DNA of 39,876 bases from Octopus bimaculoides (GCF_001194135.2 NC_068981.1:180273418-180313293), one strand, 5' to 3'. Positions 1 to 10,662 are shown, counted from the first letter of the stretch. Numbers and translations: made by a program. Notes: generated from the sequence alone by a model not told the origin.

Positions 1-32
1 TATATATATATATATATATATAATACACATTT

Positions 33-81
<49 letters not shown>

Positions 82-115
82 CAGACGAACATACATACAT
101 ACATGCATACATACA
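1..115. repeat. Compound microsatellite (TA)n, (TAGA)n, (CATA)n
   Basis: Read directly: (TA)n 1-22, (TAGA)n about 34-80, degenerate (CATA)n to about 115. Confidence 0.95.
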
Positions 116-485
116 TTCCTATATGCATTACAAACATCTAATATCCAAAAGTATATCAACCATAAAAGCATTAATTTCAATGAATTGAACACAAGCCCAA
201 AATATACGGGTGAAACAAAATATGCAACCTTGCGTCTATTCTGCTGACCAAGAACTTTAATTATCTAAATTGCCTTGATGGCGTTCACTATGAAACAGTT
301 TCTAATAGGGGATCAAGGGGCGCAACCACTCCTCACGAACTCAGGTTTTTAAAATGGCGTCTTTTCGACAATTCTTTTTTAACTCTTTAGTTACCTATAG
401 CAGTAGCTGTAAGTTTCATACATAATGACATAGTTACTAAATCATTAAATTAATGAATCCAATTACCTACATTATAACTAATGAG

Positions 486-604
486 ATATTTTGCCAAATC
501 ACTTTGAAAGCATCGGTTCTCGTCCGATCAACGAAGTTAAGCCACGTTCGAGCCTAATTAGTTATTTGATGGGTGACCGCTTGGGAAACTGAGGTGCAGT
601 AAAC
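486..604 (+). pseudogene. 5S: 5S rRNA pseudogene or diverged 5S copy
   Basis: gccaaatcactttgaaagcatcggttctcgtccgatcaacgaagttaagccacgttcgagcctaattagttatttgatgggtgaccgcttgggaaactgaggtgcagtaaac is collinear with metazoan 5S rRNA. It has box A-like agttaagc and box C-like gatgggtgaccg. The first ~7 nt are diverged and cannot pair with the 3' end, so helix I is broken. No second 5S unit occurs in the window. Confidence 0.88.
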
Positions 605-605
605 A

Positions 606-611
606 TTTTTT
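606..611 (+). terminator. Pol III oligo-T terminator after the 5S-like sequence
   Basis: T6 run one base after the 5S 3' end. Confidence 0.6.
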
Positions 612-619
612 ATTCCTAG

Positions 620-850
620 TGGGGGTGCATGGATTAGTGGTTAGATTGTCGGACTCACAATCATGCGGTTGAAAGTTCGATTCCTGGACCATGCTCAAGT
701 GGTTAAGGTCAATCAACTGACAAACAAATATGTGGTATTGAGCAAAATATCTACTGTAGCCCATCTTTTATACCAAGATAAAACATGTACATGATAACAC
801 TTCCAATCAGTTAAGATGAGAAGCCATGAGAGCCATTTCCCTGTATTGTT
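620..850 (+). mobile_element. tRNA-derived SINE head (family C-like) joined to a different 3' segment, ending in (ATT)n
   Basis: A box tggattagtgg and B box gttcgattcc. The head ends in cctggacc like the SINE-C heads (gcggacc near 10465, cctggacc near 37990) but continues into unrelated sequence, then degenerate ATT repeats at about 850-885. Confidence 0.65.
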
Positions 851-883
851 ACTATTATTATTATTATCATTATCAGTATTATT

Positions 884-1039
884 AAAGCAATAAGCTGGTA
901 GAATCGGTAGCACTGCGGGCAAACTGCTTAGCATTTCCTCCGTTTTTACGTTCGGAGGTGAACATTCATCCATTTGGGATCGATAAATAAAGTTCCAGTT
1001 GAACACAAGGGTCGATGTTATCGACTTAACCCCTTTGCC

Positions 1040-1040
<1 letters not shown>
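884..1040 (+). mobile_element. SINE family A, degenerate and internally deleted, followed by (AGT)n at 1040-1075
   Basis: Blocks agctggtagaatcggtagcac, catccatttgggatcgataaataaagttccagttg and ggtcgatgttatcgacttaa match the intact copy at 1888-2120. Confidence 0.75.
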
Positions 1041-1076
<36 letters not shown>

Positions 1077-1362
1077 TAACATTTTTAATACTCGACCAAC
1101 GTTATTATAATAGTTCATTACAGTTGTTTCCTTATCTGAAGCAGTAATTATCTATTTATAATTAATTGATCCTGATTTCAGATTGATCTTTCTGCTATTA
1201 TAACTAGACTCTGCTATTGTAACCAGTTCTTGCTGTTATGACTTTGTGATAAACTATAGTAAGCTGTAATAAATGAGCGACTACGCCGTAAGTTCAAAAA
1301 ATACCGTTATGATCTATAACGTATTACCTTGAAATTACGTTCAACATGATGATATGATTGGA

Positions 1363-1452
1363 CGGCTCTCAATAACCATTCGGCTCTCAATAACCATTCG
1401 GCTCTCAATAACCATTCGGCTCTCAATAACCATTCGGCTCTTAATAACCATT
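1363..1452. repeat. 18-bp minisatellite, 5 copies (cggctctcaataaccatt)
   Basis: Four identical units plus a fifth with one substitution. Confidence 0.95.
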
Positions 1453-1469
1453 TGGTGTGTTAGACTATA

Positions 1470-1596
1470 CAGGGTGTCCTCAAGTTCTGGGTACATGGAG
1501 TAAATAAAATCATAACATAAACAATTAAATATACGAAATAATAATTTCTTAAAGTAGGTATTAATCCCCATGTACCCAGACTTTGTGGACACCCTG
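1470..1596. mobile_element. Tc1/mariner-type MITE, 127 bp
   Basis: 31-bp TIRs at 1470-1500 and 1566-1596, 27/31 matching, starting CAGGGTGTCC. TA on both sides (1468-1469, 1597-1598) is the Tc1/mariner target duplication. Confidence 0.85.
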
Positions 1597-1887
1597 TAAG
1601 TGACATTTCAGTTGGTGAGAAGGTTAGTTGTTTCATATAGTGAACTGGTATATTACTAATTCATGTCTTTTGTAGCATCTGAACCTGTACTACTGCGAAT
1701 TAACATGCTGCGATATTGGCAAGATACACTGATAGAAGCACTACTAAGCTGTACATTACAGTTCGGTGCCTCTACGAGGTTGCACAGTCTACTAGAAATA
1801 GCACCTCTGATGAGTTGCTTGACTTTTTAGAAATAGAAACTAAGTATCTCTCAAAGGACACCTTAACGTCTAGAAAACAGAGGTACA

Positions 1888-2120
1888 AAGGCGGTGAGCT
1901 GGCAGAAACGTTAGCACGCCGGGCGAAATGCTTAGCGGTATTTCGTCTGCTGCTACGTTCTGAGTTCAAATTCCGCCGAAGTCGACTTTGCCTTTCATCC
2001 TTTCGGGATCGATTAAATAAGTACCAGTTACGCACTGGGGTCGATATAATCGACTTAATCCGTTTGTCTGTCCTTGTTTGTCCCCTCTGTGTGTAGCCTC
2101 TTGTGGGCAATAAAGAAATA
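1888..2120 (+). mobile_element. SINE family A, full length, with perfect 16-bp TSD
   Basis: A box-like tggcagaaacgttag and B box gagttcaaattcc. TSD agaaaacagaggtaca at 1872-1887 and 2121-2136. Confidence 0.92.
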
Positions 2121-3384
2121 AGAAAACAGAGGTACATTATGGATTAATGTAGCTGAGGTTATGCAATGTTTGAGAAGAGTAAGCTGATCAAACTGATTTA
2201 AAATGAATTAAAATCATTTGATCACAAGTATGCTCAGTTGAGACGAGGCTGAAGCTAAACAACAATATCTATAGGAAACATTCTGGTTGTTTAATGTTCC
2301 ATAAATACAAATCTTTGTATTCATGTCAATGAAACCCAAGAATGTAAATGACATGTTGATTACAATTGCCATTAAGCTGTCTTATTTATCAGTAATATAT
2401 ACCTTCTATTCAAACCAACGACGGAGCTTCTATATGGTCACTGAACCAATATGAAATAGCAGTCAAGCCTATCTTAGATTCTACCTTCATTGATTATTAT
2501 TTAATTCTCTTCTCTCCAACTGGGAAATAAGTCTTTGAAAATTCGATACCAGTGAGACCAGTTTTTAACAACTTTCTCTTCTTTCCCTATATAAGCTTCA
2601 TTACTCTCACCTCATCTTCAACTGATCCACACTAATATTTTTTAATCGCCTTCCAGGTAGTTTCCGTCTTAATACTACCTTTGATATACTGTCCATATCC
2701 AGTTCCGAGTCAGTAAACTAGCCAGTTGAGCCGTCAGCAATTATTGCATGAACTATTGTAATGAGTGTCGCCATTAGTTCAGAAGATGCAGGAGATTTTC
2801 CTCAGATTCCCTAAATGAAATTCATTGATCTTAGCCATGCCTTCTTTTAACTCTTGTTGTTAACCATTTTCCACTTTCTAAACTAGACATATAGAACTTG
2901 TTGCACGGCAAACAAAATACCGTGCTGTATTTTATTTTGTGTTCAAACCTCACCGAGGGCGACTTTGCTATGACAGATAACTCTTTTCCCTATAACGGTG
3001 GTCACATTAAAACCATTCACTTTGTTATGAAAGCTACTCCCTTCCCTGTAAGTTTGGTCTTATATCTATTTAGAAGCATTCTTTTTCTTTAATGTATTTC
3101 TCTTGCACTCTGAAGCTTTATTTCGTATGAATCAGATGCATTCAATAGTGGTAAATCTAAATAGCTGCTCTGTTTAGCACCGACACGTTGAATGATTTTG
3201 TAAATATGAGAATCAAGTTTTTTGTCAGTGAAAACATGATCATCTTTTCATCCTCCAATCAGTTTCCGAAGCACAGTAAAATTGTCGTGGAAACCTTCCT
3301 ATTTCCTCATAACAGGAAACTGATTTCGTAAATCTTTAGCAGTAGTGAAGTAATACCACCTACTATTATTATTTATCATGTTAT

Positions 3385-3465
3385 TATTCTGAGTTCAAAT
3401 TCCACAGAGGACGATTTTGCCTTTTATCCTTTCGGGGTCAATGAAATAACTACCAATGAAATAAC
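3385..3465 (+). mobile_element. SINE family A central fragment
   Basis: ttctgagttcaaattccacagaggacgattttgccttttatcctttcggggtcaatgaaataa matches 1888-2120. Confidence 0.75.
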
Positions 3466-3468
3466 TAC

Positions 3469-3730
3469 CTCAAAGCAGCTGGTTTCGGTTCAGTTTCCCG
3501 CGGCTAGATCGTTGCTTTGTACAGCGGCAACTGCTCGGTTGTTCGAGTGAATAGTCACCTGTCGGAGCCATTCAGCATCTTGTGTTCGGTTTGTCAAGTG
3601 TGCCCTCTCTCCTCCCTTGTGTATGTACTGACTCTTGAGCCATTACTGCGGAGGTTGGAGGCTTTTAGGGGTGTCCCACGTGATCTAAGATGTGGAGGAA
3701 GTGTGTCTGCTTACGCTGACGATGTCACAA

Positions 3731-3732
<2 letters not shown>
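3469..3732 (+). mobile_element. L1/Tx1-clade LINE reverse-transcriptase fragment (inactive)
   Basis: One frame reads LKAAGFGSVSRG*IVALYSGNCSVVRVNSHLSEPFSILCSVCQVCPLSSLVYVLTLEPLLRRL...SAYADDVTI. It contains a degenerate QGCPLSP motif, the L1/Tx1-typical LEPLL and catalytic YADD at 3712-3723, with one stop codon. Confidence 0.88.
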
Positions 3733-3782
<50 letters not shown>

Positions 3783-4020
3783 CATTAAGGCGGTGAGCTG
3801 GCAGACTATTAAGGCGAGCTAGGTAAGTATTAGCACGCCGGGTGTAATACTTAGCGGTATTTCGTCTGTTGCAACGTTCTGAGTTCAAATTCCGCCGAGG
3901 TCCACTTTTCCTTTCATCCTTTCGAGTCGATAAACTAAGTACCAGTTGAGTACTGAGGTCTATCTGATCGACTGTCCCCTTCCCCACAAAAATCCAGGTC
4001 TTGTGCCTATAATAGAAAGA

Positions 4021-4082
<62 letters not shown>

Positions 4083-4264
4083 GGTTAGCACTCCGGGCGA
4101 ATTGCTTAGCGGTATTTCATTTGCCGCTACGTTCTGAGTTCAAATTCCACCGGGGTCGACTGTCTTTGGTGTCGATAAATTAAGTACCAGTGAATCACTG
4201 GAGTCGATGTAGTCGACTAGTCCCCTTCACCCAAATTTTAGGTCTTGTACCTTCAGTAGAAAGG

Positions 4265-4317
<53 letters not shown>
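3733..4317 (+). mobile_element. Two tandem SINE-A copies (3786-4020, 4081-4265) separated and flanked by (ATT)n tracts
   Basis: Both match 1888-2120. (ATT)n at 3733-3783, 4021-4080 and 4266-4317. The second copy is 5'-truncated. Confidence 0.9.
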
Positions 4318-4318
<1 letters not shown>

Positions 4319-4799
4319 GATCTTTGCTGGTCATGATGTTTCGCTTGTTACATACAAATATACAACTGTTAATACCGGAATTTCACATACACATATGTTA
4401 ATGAGCAATAGCAACATACTTCGGTTCATGATTTACAGATTCTTAGTATCATCACACAAAAATAAAGAAAGTAAAAGATTAGAGGGCATAAATTAATAAG
4501 TTTCGCTTTTATTTAGTTAGATTTAATTATCATTCAGCCGCATCTTAATGAAACGTCCGTCTACGTATTTTTCTATCTAAAAAGGCCTGCCCGTTACTCT
4601 CAAACTTCCTTTGTTCGATATCTACGCTTCCTTAGCAGTTTGATTAAGATATTATTGTGCTTCTCGCAAAATGTAAAATTGTTATTGACATTGATTACGT
4701 CGCTGTTGGCGAGCGCTAAATAAGAAATTATGATGTTTTCTTGGATTAATGTTTGCTTCTTTAAGATCATTATCGTTTTAGAACTGTTTAAATTGACGT

Positions 4800-4856
4800 C
4801 TGAAGTATATACATATATACATACTAACATACATACATACATACATACATACGTAG

Positions 4857-4887
<31 letters not shown>

Positions 4888-5179
4888 CTGTATGTGTACA
4901 TCTATAATGAACAGTATGCATGTATCGATGTATGTATGTGTGTGTGCGTGCGTGCGTGCGTGCGTGTGTGTGTATGTGTTTTTGTCTGTGTGTGTCTGTG
5001 TGTCTGTGTGTCTGTGTGTATTCATGCTGTGTAGCAAACTATATTGCTGAAAGAAATCATTATAAGAAAATATTCTTAATTTAGTTTGTGTTCCAGTTAA
5101 TGTGAAATGTATGTCTTTCGTATTTAGTCAATGATGAAATATGTCTGTTTGTATTTGTGTGTGTGTGTGTGTTTGTGTA

Positions 5180-5213
<34 letters not shown>

Positions 5214-5480
5214 TGCATATGTCTGTGTGCGTGTCTGCATATGTCTGTGTGCGTGCATGTGTGTGTTTATGTGTGTGTGTTTGTGAGTATGTGTTTGAGA
5301 TTATGAATATGTATGAGCCAGTGCGTTTGTGTATGACTGAAAGTATCTGTGATGGCCAAGTGAGAGAAAGCGTTTGTGAGGCGTGCGTACAAATGAGTGT
5401 GTCCATGCATGCGTGTTTGTGCAGGTGCATTTGTATGCTTATGCGTGTATGTACGTGTGAGTATGTGCGTGCATAAATGA
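4800..5480. repeat. Complex (CATA)/(TA)/(TG)-derived simple-repeat field
   Basis: Pure and decayed di- and tetranucleotide repeats; explains the VCVC/HTHT ORFs. Confidence 0.9.
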
Positions 5481-5954
5481 GACTACGATTATGCGGTTGA
5501 TTGAGAAACAGACGGTATGTGTGAATATACTTATGTTATATGTATGATTGAGAAGGAGGAATTTGCGTGTCTATGGTTCTAAATTGAGAACAAGAGATAG
5601 AGGTAGTGCATGTATACTTGTGTGTGTTTGGGAGCGCGTGCACAATCGTTAAACGATGTACAGGTGTTAATTAAGAATCATATTTCGTATAAGTTACGGG
5701 TCCCTGGGCTACACAAGGAATGCCCTTAAAAAGCCAGCAACTCATAAATTATAAAGCTGTTACGTTTTGCTTTTTTTACTATCTGTAACAATGTGTGTCT
5801 ATGAATATATATGAGTGTAGGTATGTTTTTGTGTATGAGTGCGTGAGAATGAAAGTCCATTCATGTGTGTGTGAGTGTGTAAATATATATATATGTATAA
5901 TTATTTACATATACGCGTGGACACATATATCTATATATATATATATATATATAT

Positions 5955-6540
5955 NNNNNNNNNNNNNNNNNNNNNNNNNNNNNNNNNNNNNNNNNNNNNN
6001 NNNNNNNNNNNNNNNNNNNNNNNNNNNNNNNNNNNNNNNNNNNNNNNNNNNNNNNNNNNNNNNNNNNNNNNNNNNNNNNNNNNNNNNNNNNNNNNNNNNN
6101 NNNNNNNNNNNNNNNNNNNNNNNNNNNNNNNNNNNNNNNNNNNNNNNNNNNNNNNNNNNNNNNNNNNNNNNNNNNNNNNNNNNNNNNNNNNNNNNNNNNN
6201 NNNNNNNNNNNNNNNNNNNNNNNNNNNNNNNNNNNNNNNNNNNNNNNNNNNNNNNNNNNNNNNNNNNNNNNNNNNNNNNNNNNNNNNNNNNNNNNNNNNN
6301 NNNNNNNNNNNNNNNNNNNNNNNNNNNNNNNNNNNNNNNNNNNNNNNNNNNNNNNNNNNNNNNNNNNNNNNNNNNNNNNNNNNNNNNNNNNNNNNNNNNN
6401 NNNNNNNNNNNNNNNNNNNNNNNNNNNNNNNNNNNNNNNNNNNNNNNNNNNNNNNNNNNNNNNNNNNNNNNNNNNNNNNNNNNNNNNNNNNNNNNNNNNN
6501 NNNNNNNNNNNNNNNNNNNNNNNNNNNNNNNNNNNNNNNN
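5955..6540. other. Assembly gap. Other gaps: 9490-9814, 11729-11856, 14840-15409, 16265-16910, 18337-19281, 33096-33116, 33387-33396, 35817-36262
   Basis: N runs, mostly bordered by (TA)n or (TG)n. Confidence 0.99.
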
Positions 6541-6581
<41 letters not shown>

Positions 6582-6621
6582 TACTTATATATGTTTTGTT
6601 TGTATGTGTGTATGCATGTAT

Positions 6622-6623
6622 GT

Positions 6624-6677
<54 letters not shown>

Positions 6678-6686
6678 TGACTGACA
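6622..6686. repeat. (CAGA)n microsatellite
   Basis: Read directly. Confidence 0.95.
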
Positions 6687-7063
6687 GTTAGATGGAAATT
6701 CTTAGATCGGAAACTTTTCAAGAAAGAAAACTGTTCAAAATGTCTCACTCACATTAACCGTAGAAATGCAATGATTTGTACCATATATACAAAGTCATAT
6801 AATTGTGCAAGCTGTATCAGGTGAATTGTAATAACTCTACACTTAACGGGTATTCATTGTACTGACTCCAGAAGATACTGCATAAGTAATGTTGACACTA
6901 GACATCTGTGGTATCTATATCCACACCGCAAGTTATTTAATGCACCACTCTAGTTTTTCAACCGTCCACTGCTCTCCGATCACAGAAAAACATAATAGTT
7001 CTCATGGCTTACCTACACAGGTGTTAGTCTCAGATTGTGTTTCCTCATAATTTTCATATAAAT

Positions 7064-7480
7064 GGATAGGTGTGGCTATGCAGTAAGAAATTTTCTTCGC
7101 AACCACACGGTTCCAGGCTCAGTCCCACCGGCTGGTTCCTCGGGCAAGTGTCTTCTACTAAAGCCTCAGGTCGACCAAAGCCTTGTGAGTGGATTTGGTA
7201 GATGGAAACTGAAAGTAGCGACGTATATCTGTGTGTCTGTGTGAGCGTGTGTACGTCTTTGTGTCTGCGTTTGTACTTCCTATACTGTTTGACAACCGAT
7301 GTTCATGTGTTTACATCCCCGTAATCCAGTGGTTCAGCAAAAGTGGCCGATAGAATAAGTACGACGCTCAAAAAGAAAATAAGTATTGGAGTCGATTAGT
7401 TCGACTAAAATTACTCAAGGCGTTGCCCCAGCATGGTCGCATCTAATGACTGAAACAAGTAAAAGATAAAAGATAAAAGA
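7064..7480 (+). mobile_element. SINE family B, full length, diverged
   Basis: Collinear with 10663-11100: head, gggcaagtgtcttcta, gaccaaagccttgtgagtggatttggt, internal TG-rich tract, and tail aatgactgaaacaagtaaaaga. Confidence 0.88.
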
Positions 7481-7971
7481 TTCATAAATGAAAGTTTCTA
7501 CAAACATCTTTCAGATCGTGTAGATTACGGTTTCATCGGAATTTTATGTGAAACAAAAAGGAAAAAATTGTGAGTGCGCACTCATACATACAGATACACG
7601 TCACATAATTGTTTCAAAATTTCAAGTTACCTTATGCATGTTTATATATGATATGTGTCACTATGTAAGTGTGCACGCCCGCCAATTTCTTTTCATAATA
7701 AATTCTGATATAATCGGGATCTACACCATCTGAAATGTGTTTGTAGAAAATTTCATTCAAAAATATTCAATTTTTCCTTTGTAAAAGTTATGAGGAAACT
7801 TTCAATGCCAGTTCAATGCCAAAAAAAGTTTCTGAATTAAAAATTGCAAAGAGAATGTCAACTAAATGCTAAAGTATGTAATCCTACCTATCGATTACAT
7901 TCCAATTGTTCGCTTTGCGTATTAAATAACAGATTTTGAAAATTAAAGGTGTCTATTTCCTTCCTGCATGC

Positions 7972-8007
<36 letters not shown>

Positions 8008-8010
<3 letters not shown>

Positions 8011-8300
8011 TTCAGGAGTCAAGCGAATCAGGTCCTTAAATAGTAAAGCACCAAGGTCGGGTCAGTGAAATCGCTATGGCGTACAAAACAAAATTTGAGG
8101 AGTAAACACGTACTTCCTGAGGTAAACACGGATTTATATGCCAGTTGCGTGTACATTTACAAACGGCCGACTGAATATACCACGCGTCTCAAGACTGCGC
8201 ACGGGTAGCACGCACACATGTATACTTAACAACACAAATAAAGACACCAGTGGGCGTTAGTCAGGAAGACGAAAATGCGACTCACCGACGAGTATCAGTA
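8008..8300. mobile_element. Unclassified GC-richer element between (TA)n and (CATA)n, possibly an LTR-like relic
   Basis: Sharp compositional boundaries, aataaa near the right end and a terminal CA. No matching TG start or TSD seen. Confidence 0.3.
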
Positions 8301-8344
8301 CATACGTACATACATGTATACATACATACATACATACATACATA

Positions 8345-9310
8345 AAATTCCAAAACAACCGGACATAACTGTAAAGAATAACATAACTTTAAAGAAGACC
8401 TGGATGTGAAACACTCAGACTATGCGTGCGTATGTTACTCAAAGACTTTAAGAAAACAGTAATAGGGACATGAAGCACAGCCTCTCTTGGGCTCGTGACC
8501 GCTACATCATCTCACACTACGAAGACTATTCATTTGCAATGCGAGAACAGGAGGTTGCTACGAAATACGTAATTCGCAAAAGAGGCTTTGAAGCCCCCTC
8601 GAGCTCCAAGATGCTACTGAAAAATAGAGTGACATATTTCTGTGGAAGACATCACACATGTAATTAGCAACTGACAAAAGATGTCATCACAGTACTGCCT
8701 CCCTATGCGACACGACTTTGTTGCAGAACCAATGCACAATGTCATTCGAAAAAGACTGTCCTAAAAATAAATATAGAGAAACGCCATGTTATTGAATACA
8801 CACACATACATAAATACAACAAATACTGTTGGAATATTCCCAGAAAAAATGTCTGTCAAGTGAAAACATAACAGGTCGGATATCGCTGCATGGAACAGAC
8901 AAGAGACAGTAGGTACAGCCATAGTGGTCAGCTGTCCTGCTGATGTGAATATCTGCGAATATCAAAGAAAAATAAGATAACTATAGACACGTGCTTCGAA
9001 ACGTCAAACTTCTACATCCAGATTATAAATTCATATTTATTTCAATAGTAATTGCACGTGGTTTTGCGAGGAAATGTGTAAGTGACAATCTGGATAAGCT
9101 AGGGTTTTCAGACAAAGAAATCAAGCAACCAAGTCGCTCAATAGAAACACGATCTGTAAGCGGAGCAATAAAAATATGCAAGACTTTTCTCAAGTCTAGA
9201 ATGTGACTTTTTTTTTGTTATCTGCATTCTCACGATGGAGCTGTGTATCTTTGTTAGAAACCATCTCCTTCCGCAAAGGAAGAATTTCAATAATTAAAAA
9301 TAGAAGAGAA
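8345..9310 (+). mobile_element. RLE-type (R4/Dong-like) non-LTR retrotransposon, 5'-truncated, degenerate 3' portion plus 3' UTR
   Basis: Frameshifted peptides: MRAYVTQRL...HSLSWARDRYIISHYEDYSFAMREQEVATKY; VEDITHVISN*QKMSSQYCLPMRHDFVA (CCHC-knuckle remnant plus RHD); HNRSDIAAWNRQETVGTAIVVSCPADVN (PD-(D/E)xK nuclease remnant); KFIFISIVI...GAIKICKTFLKSRM* with stop ending at 9206. Confidence 0.8.
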
Positions 9311-9372
9311 CATACACGGAAAACGGAGATGTGTGAACGCTTTTGTAGGTTTATGTGAGTGTTTGTATATAT

Positions 9373-9430
9373 CAGTGGTTCCAAACCTGGGGTCCGCAAA
9401 GGTAGCACCGAGGGTCCGTAAACCAAATTC
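9373..9430 (+). mobile_element. hAT-like MITE left end; remainder lost in (TA)n and gap
   Basis: cagtggttccaaacctggggtccgc resembles the CAGTGGTTCCCAA termini of hAT/Charlie-type elements. The other TIR is not visible. Confidence 0.5.
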
Positions 9431-9447
9431 AAAATTTCATATATATC

Positions 9448-9489
<42 letters not shown>

Positions 9490-10398
9490 NNNNNNNNNNN
9501 NNNNNNNNNNNNNNNNNNNNNNNNNNNNNNNNNNNNNNNNNNNNNNNNNNNNNNNNNNNNNNNNNNNNNNNNNNNNNNNNNNNNNNNNNNNNNNNNNNNN
9601 NNNNNNNNNNNNNNNNNNNNNNNNNNNNNNNNNNNNNNNNNNNNNNNNNNNNNNNNNNNNNNNNNNNNNNNNNNNNNNNNNNNNNNNNNNNNNNNNNNNN
9701 NNNNNNNNNNNNNNNNNNNNNNNNNNNNNNNNNNNNNNNNNNNNNNNNNNNNNNNNNNNNNNNNNNNNNNNNNNNNNNNNNNNNNNNNNNNNNNNNNNNN
9801 NNNNNNNNNNNNNNATATATATCAATGTTCATACGTCCATCATACCATGTATTTTTTAAGATATAACTGAAATAACTATACAGCAGTATGTGCAGCAATT
9901 AAAAAACGGCACGAATAAGGATTTCATAGAACTAACACAAGTTTCTTATATCTCTTTCATAAAACTTCTCATACCATTTTCTCTGTCTTGTCAGCATAGG
10001 TTCAACGTGTAGATTACGTTAGAAAAAAAATATCCGAATTAAAGTTTGTGTAAATACATTTACACTACTTCCGTGTGTGTTGTTAAAATTTTACCTATCA
10101 GCAGTAGCCACATTATATTGAAGAAGAAAGACAAAATAATTATATAAACCGCCATCATATTCTGCATCATCATTATCAAGAATAGTGTTCGAGTATTTCA
10201 TTATTTTTGTATGGTATATTCGTTAAAGTATAGACGTGGGAAATTTTTTTTGCTTCCTTTCAGTTTTTTCCTTCATTTTGTGTGCAGTCTCGCAAAAAAG
10301 AAATAACGAAATCAAGTTGCAACAAGAAATCCAGGTAAAGCACGAAGGAAATCACGAAAACGTTGAGTTACTCAATTATGTATCAGATAGATACATAT

Positions 10399-10650
10399 GA
10401 AGGCGCGTGACCTAGTGGATAGGGCGTTGCACAGACGATCGCCAGGTCGTGATTTCAACTCGCGGACCGGGCGATGCATGGTGTTCTTGACCAAAATACT
10501 TTATATCTTGTTGCTCTCCGATCACTTCGACAAATGACGTGCGGCACACCGTGCACCTGTATAGGTAATATCGATTTGATGGAGAGAGTGAGCTCATTTA
10601 CAGCACAAATATTTGATGACTATAAACAAATTATCTTAGCAAGTTGTTCA
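10399..10650 (+). mobile_element. tRNA-headed SINE family C
   Basis: gaaggcgcgtgacctagtggataggg (A box), degenerate B box, and ggaccgggcgatgcatggtgttc shared with the copy at 37935-38120. The 3' limit is approximate. Confidence 0.7.
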
Positions 10651-10662
10651 ACAAAAATTTGC

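Noticed and set aside
486-604. Functional 5S rRNA gene
   Set aside because: The 5' strand of helix I is lost, there are several substitutions including in box C, and no tandem unit is present.
620-690. tRNA-like heads (also 1888, 10399, 10663) as tRNA genes
   Set aside because: A and B boxes are present, but I could not build a cloverleaf and each continues into SINE body sequence.
1363-1452. Short repeat array as CRISPR; likewise SINE/(ATT)n alternation at 3733-4317
   Set aside because: No unique spacers, no cas genes, eukaryotic context.
1716-2137. Overlapping 126-aa and 121-aa ORFs, with look-alikes at 3685-3987 and 22701-23021
   Set aside because: They are SINE-A read in different frames; the peptide similarity reflects the repeat.
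4600-5476. ORFs of 100-145 aa rich in HT/VC/YI (similar ones at 11590-12069, 19282-19484, 23480-23871, 31268-31514, 32966-33441, 38645-39530)
   Set aside because: Translations of di- and tetranucleotide repeats. Only the last ~35 codons of ORF 23480-23968 are real (Penelope).
5795-6748. Long ORFs of 200-400 aa here and across the other gaps
   Set aside because: Open only because N runs translate as X.
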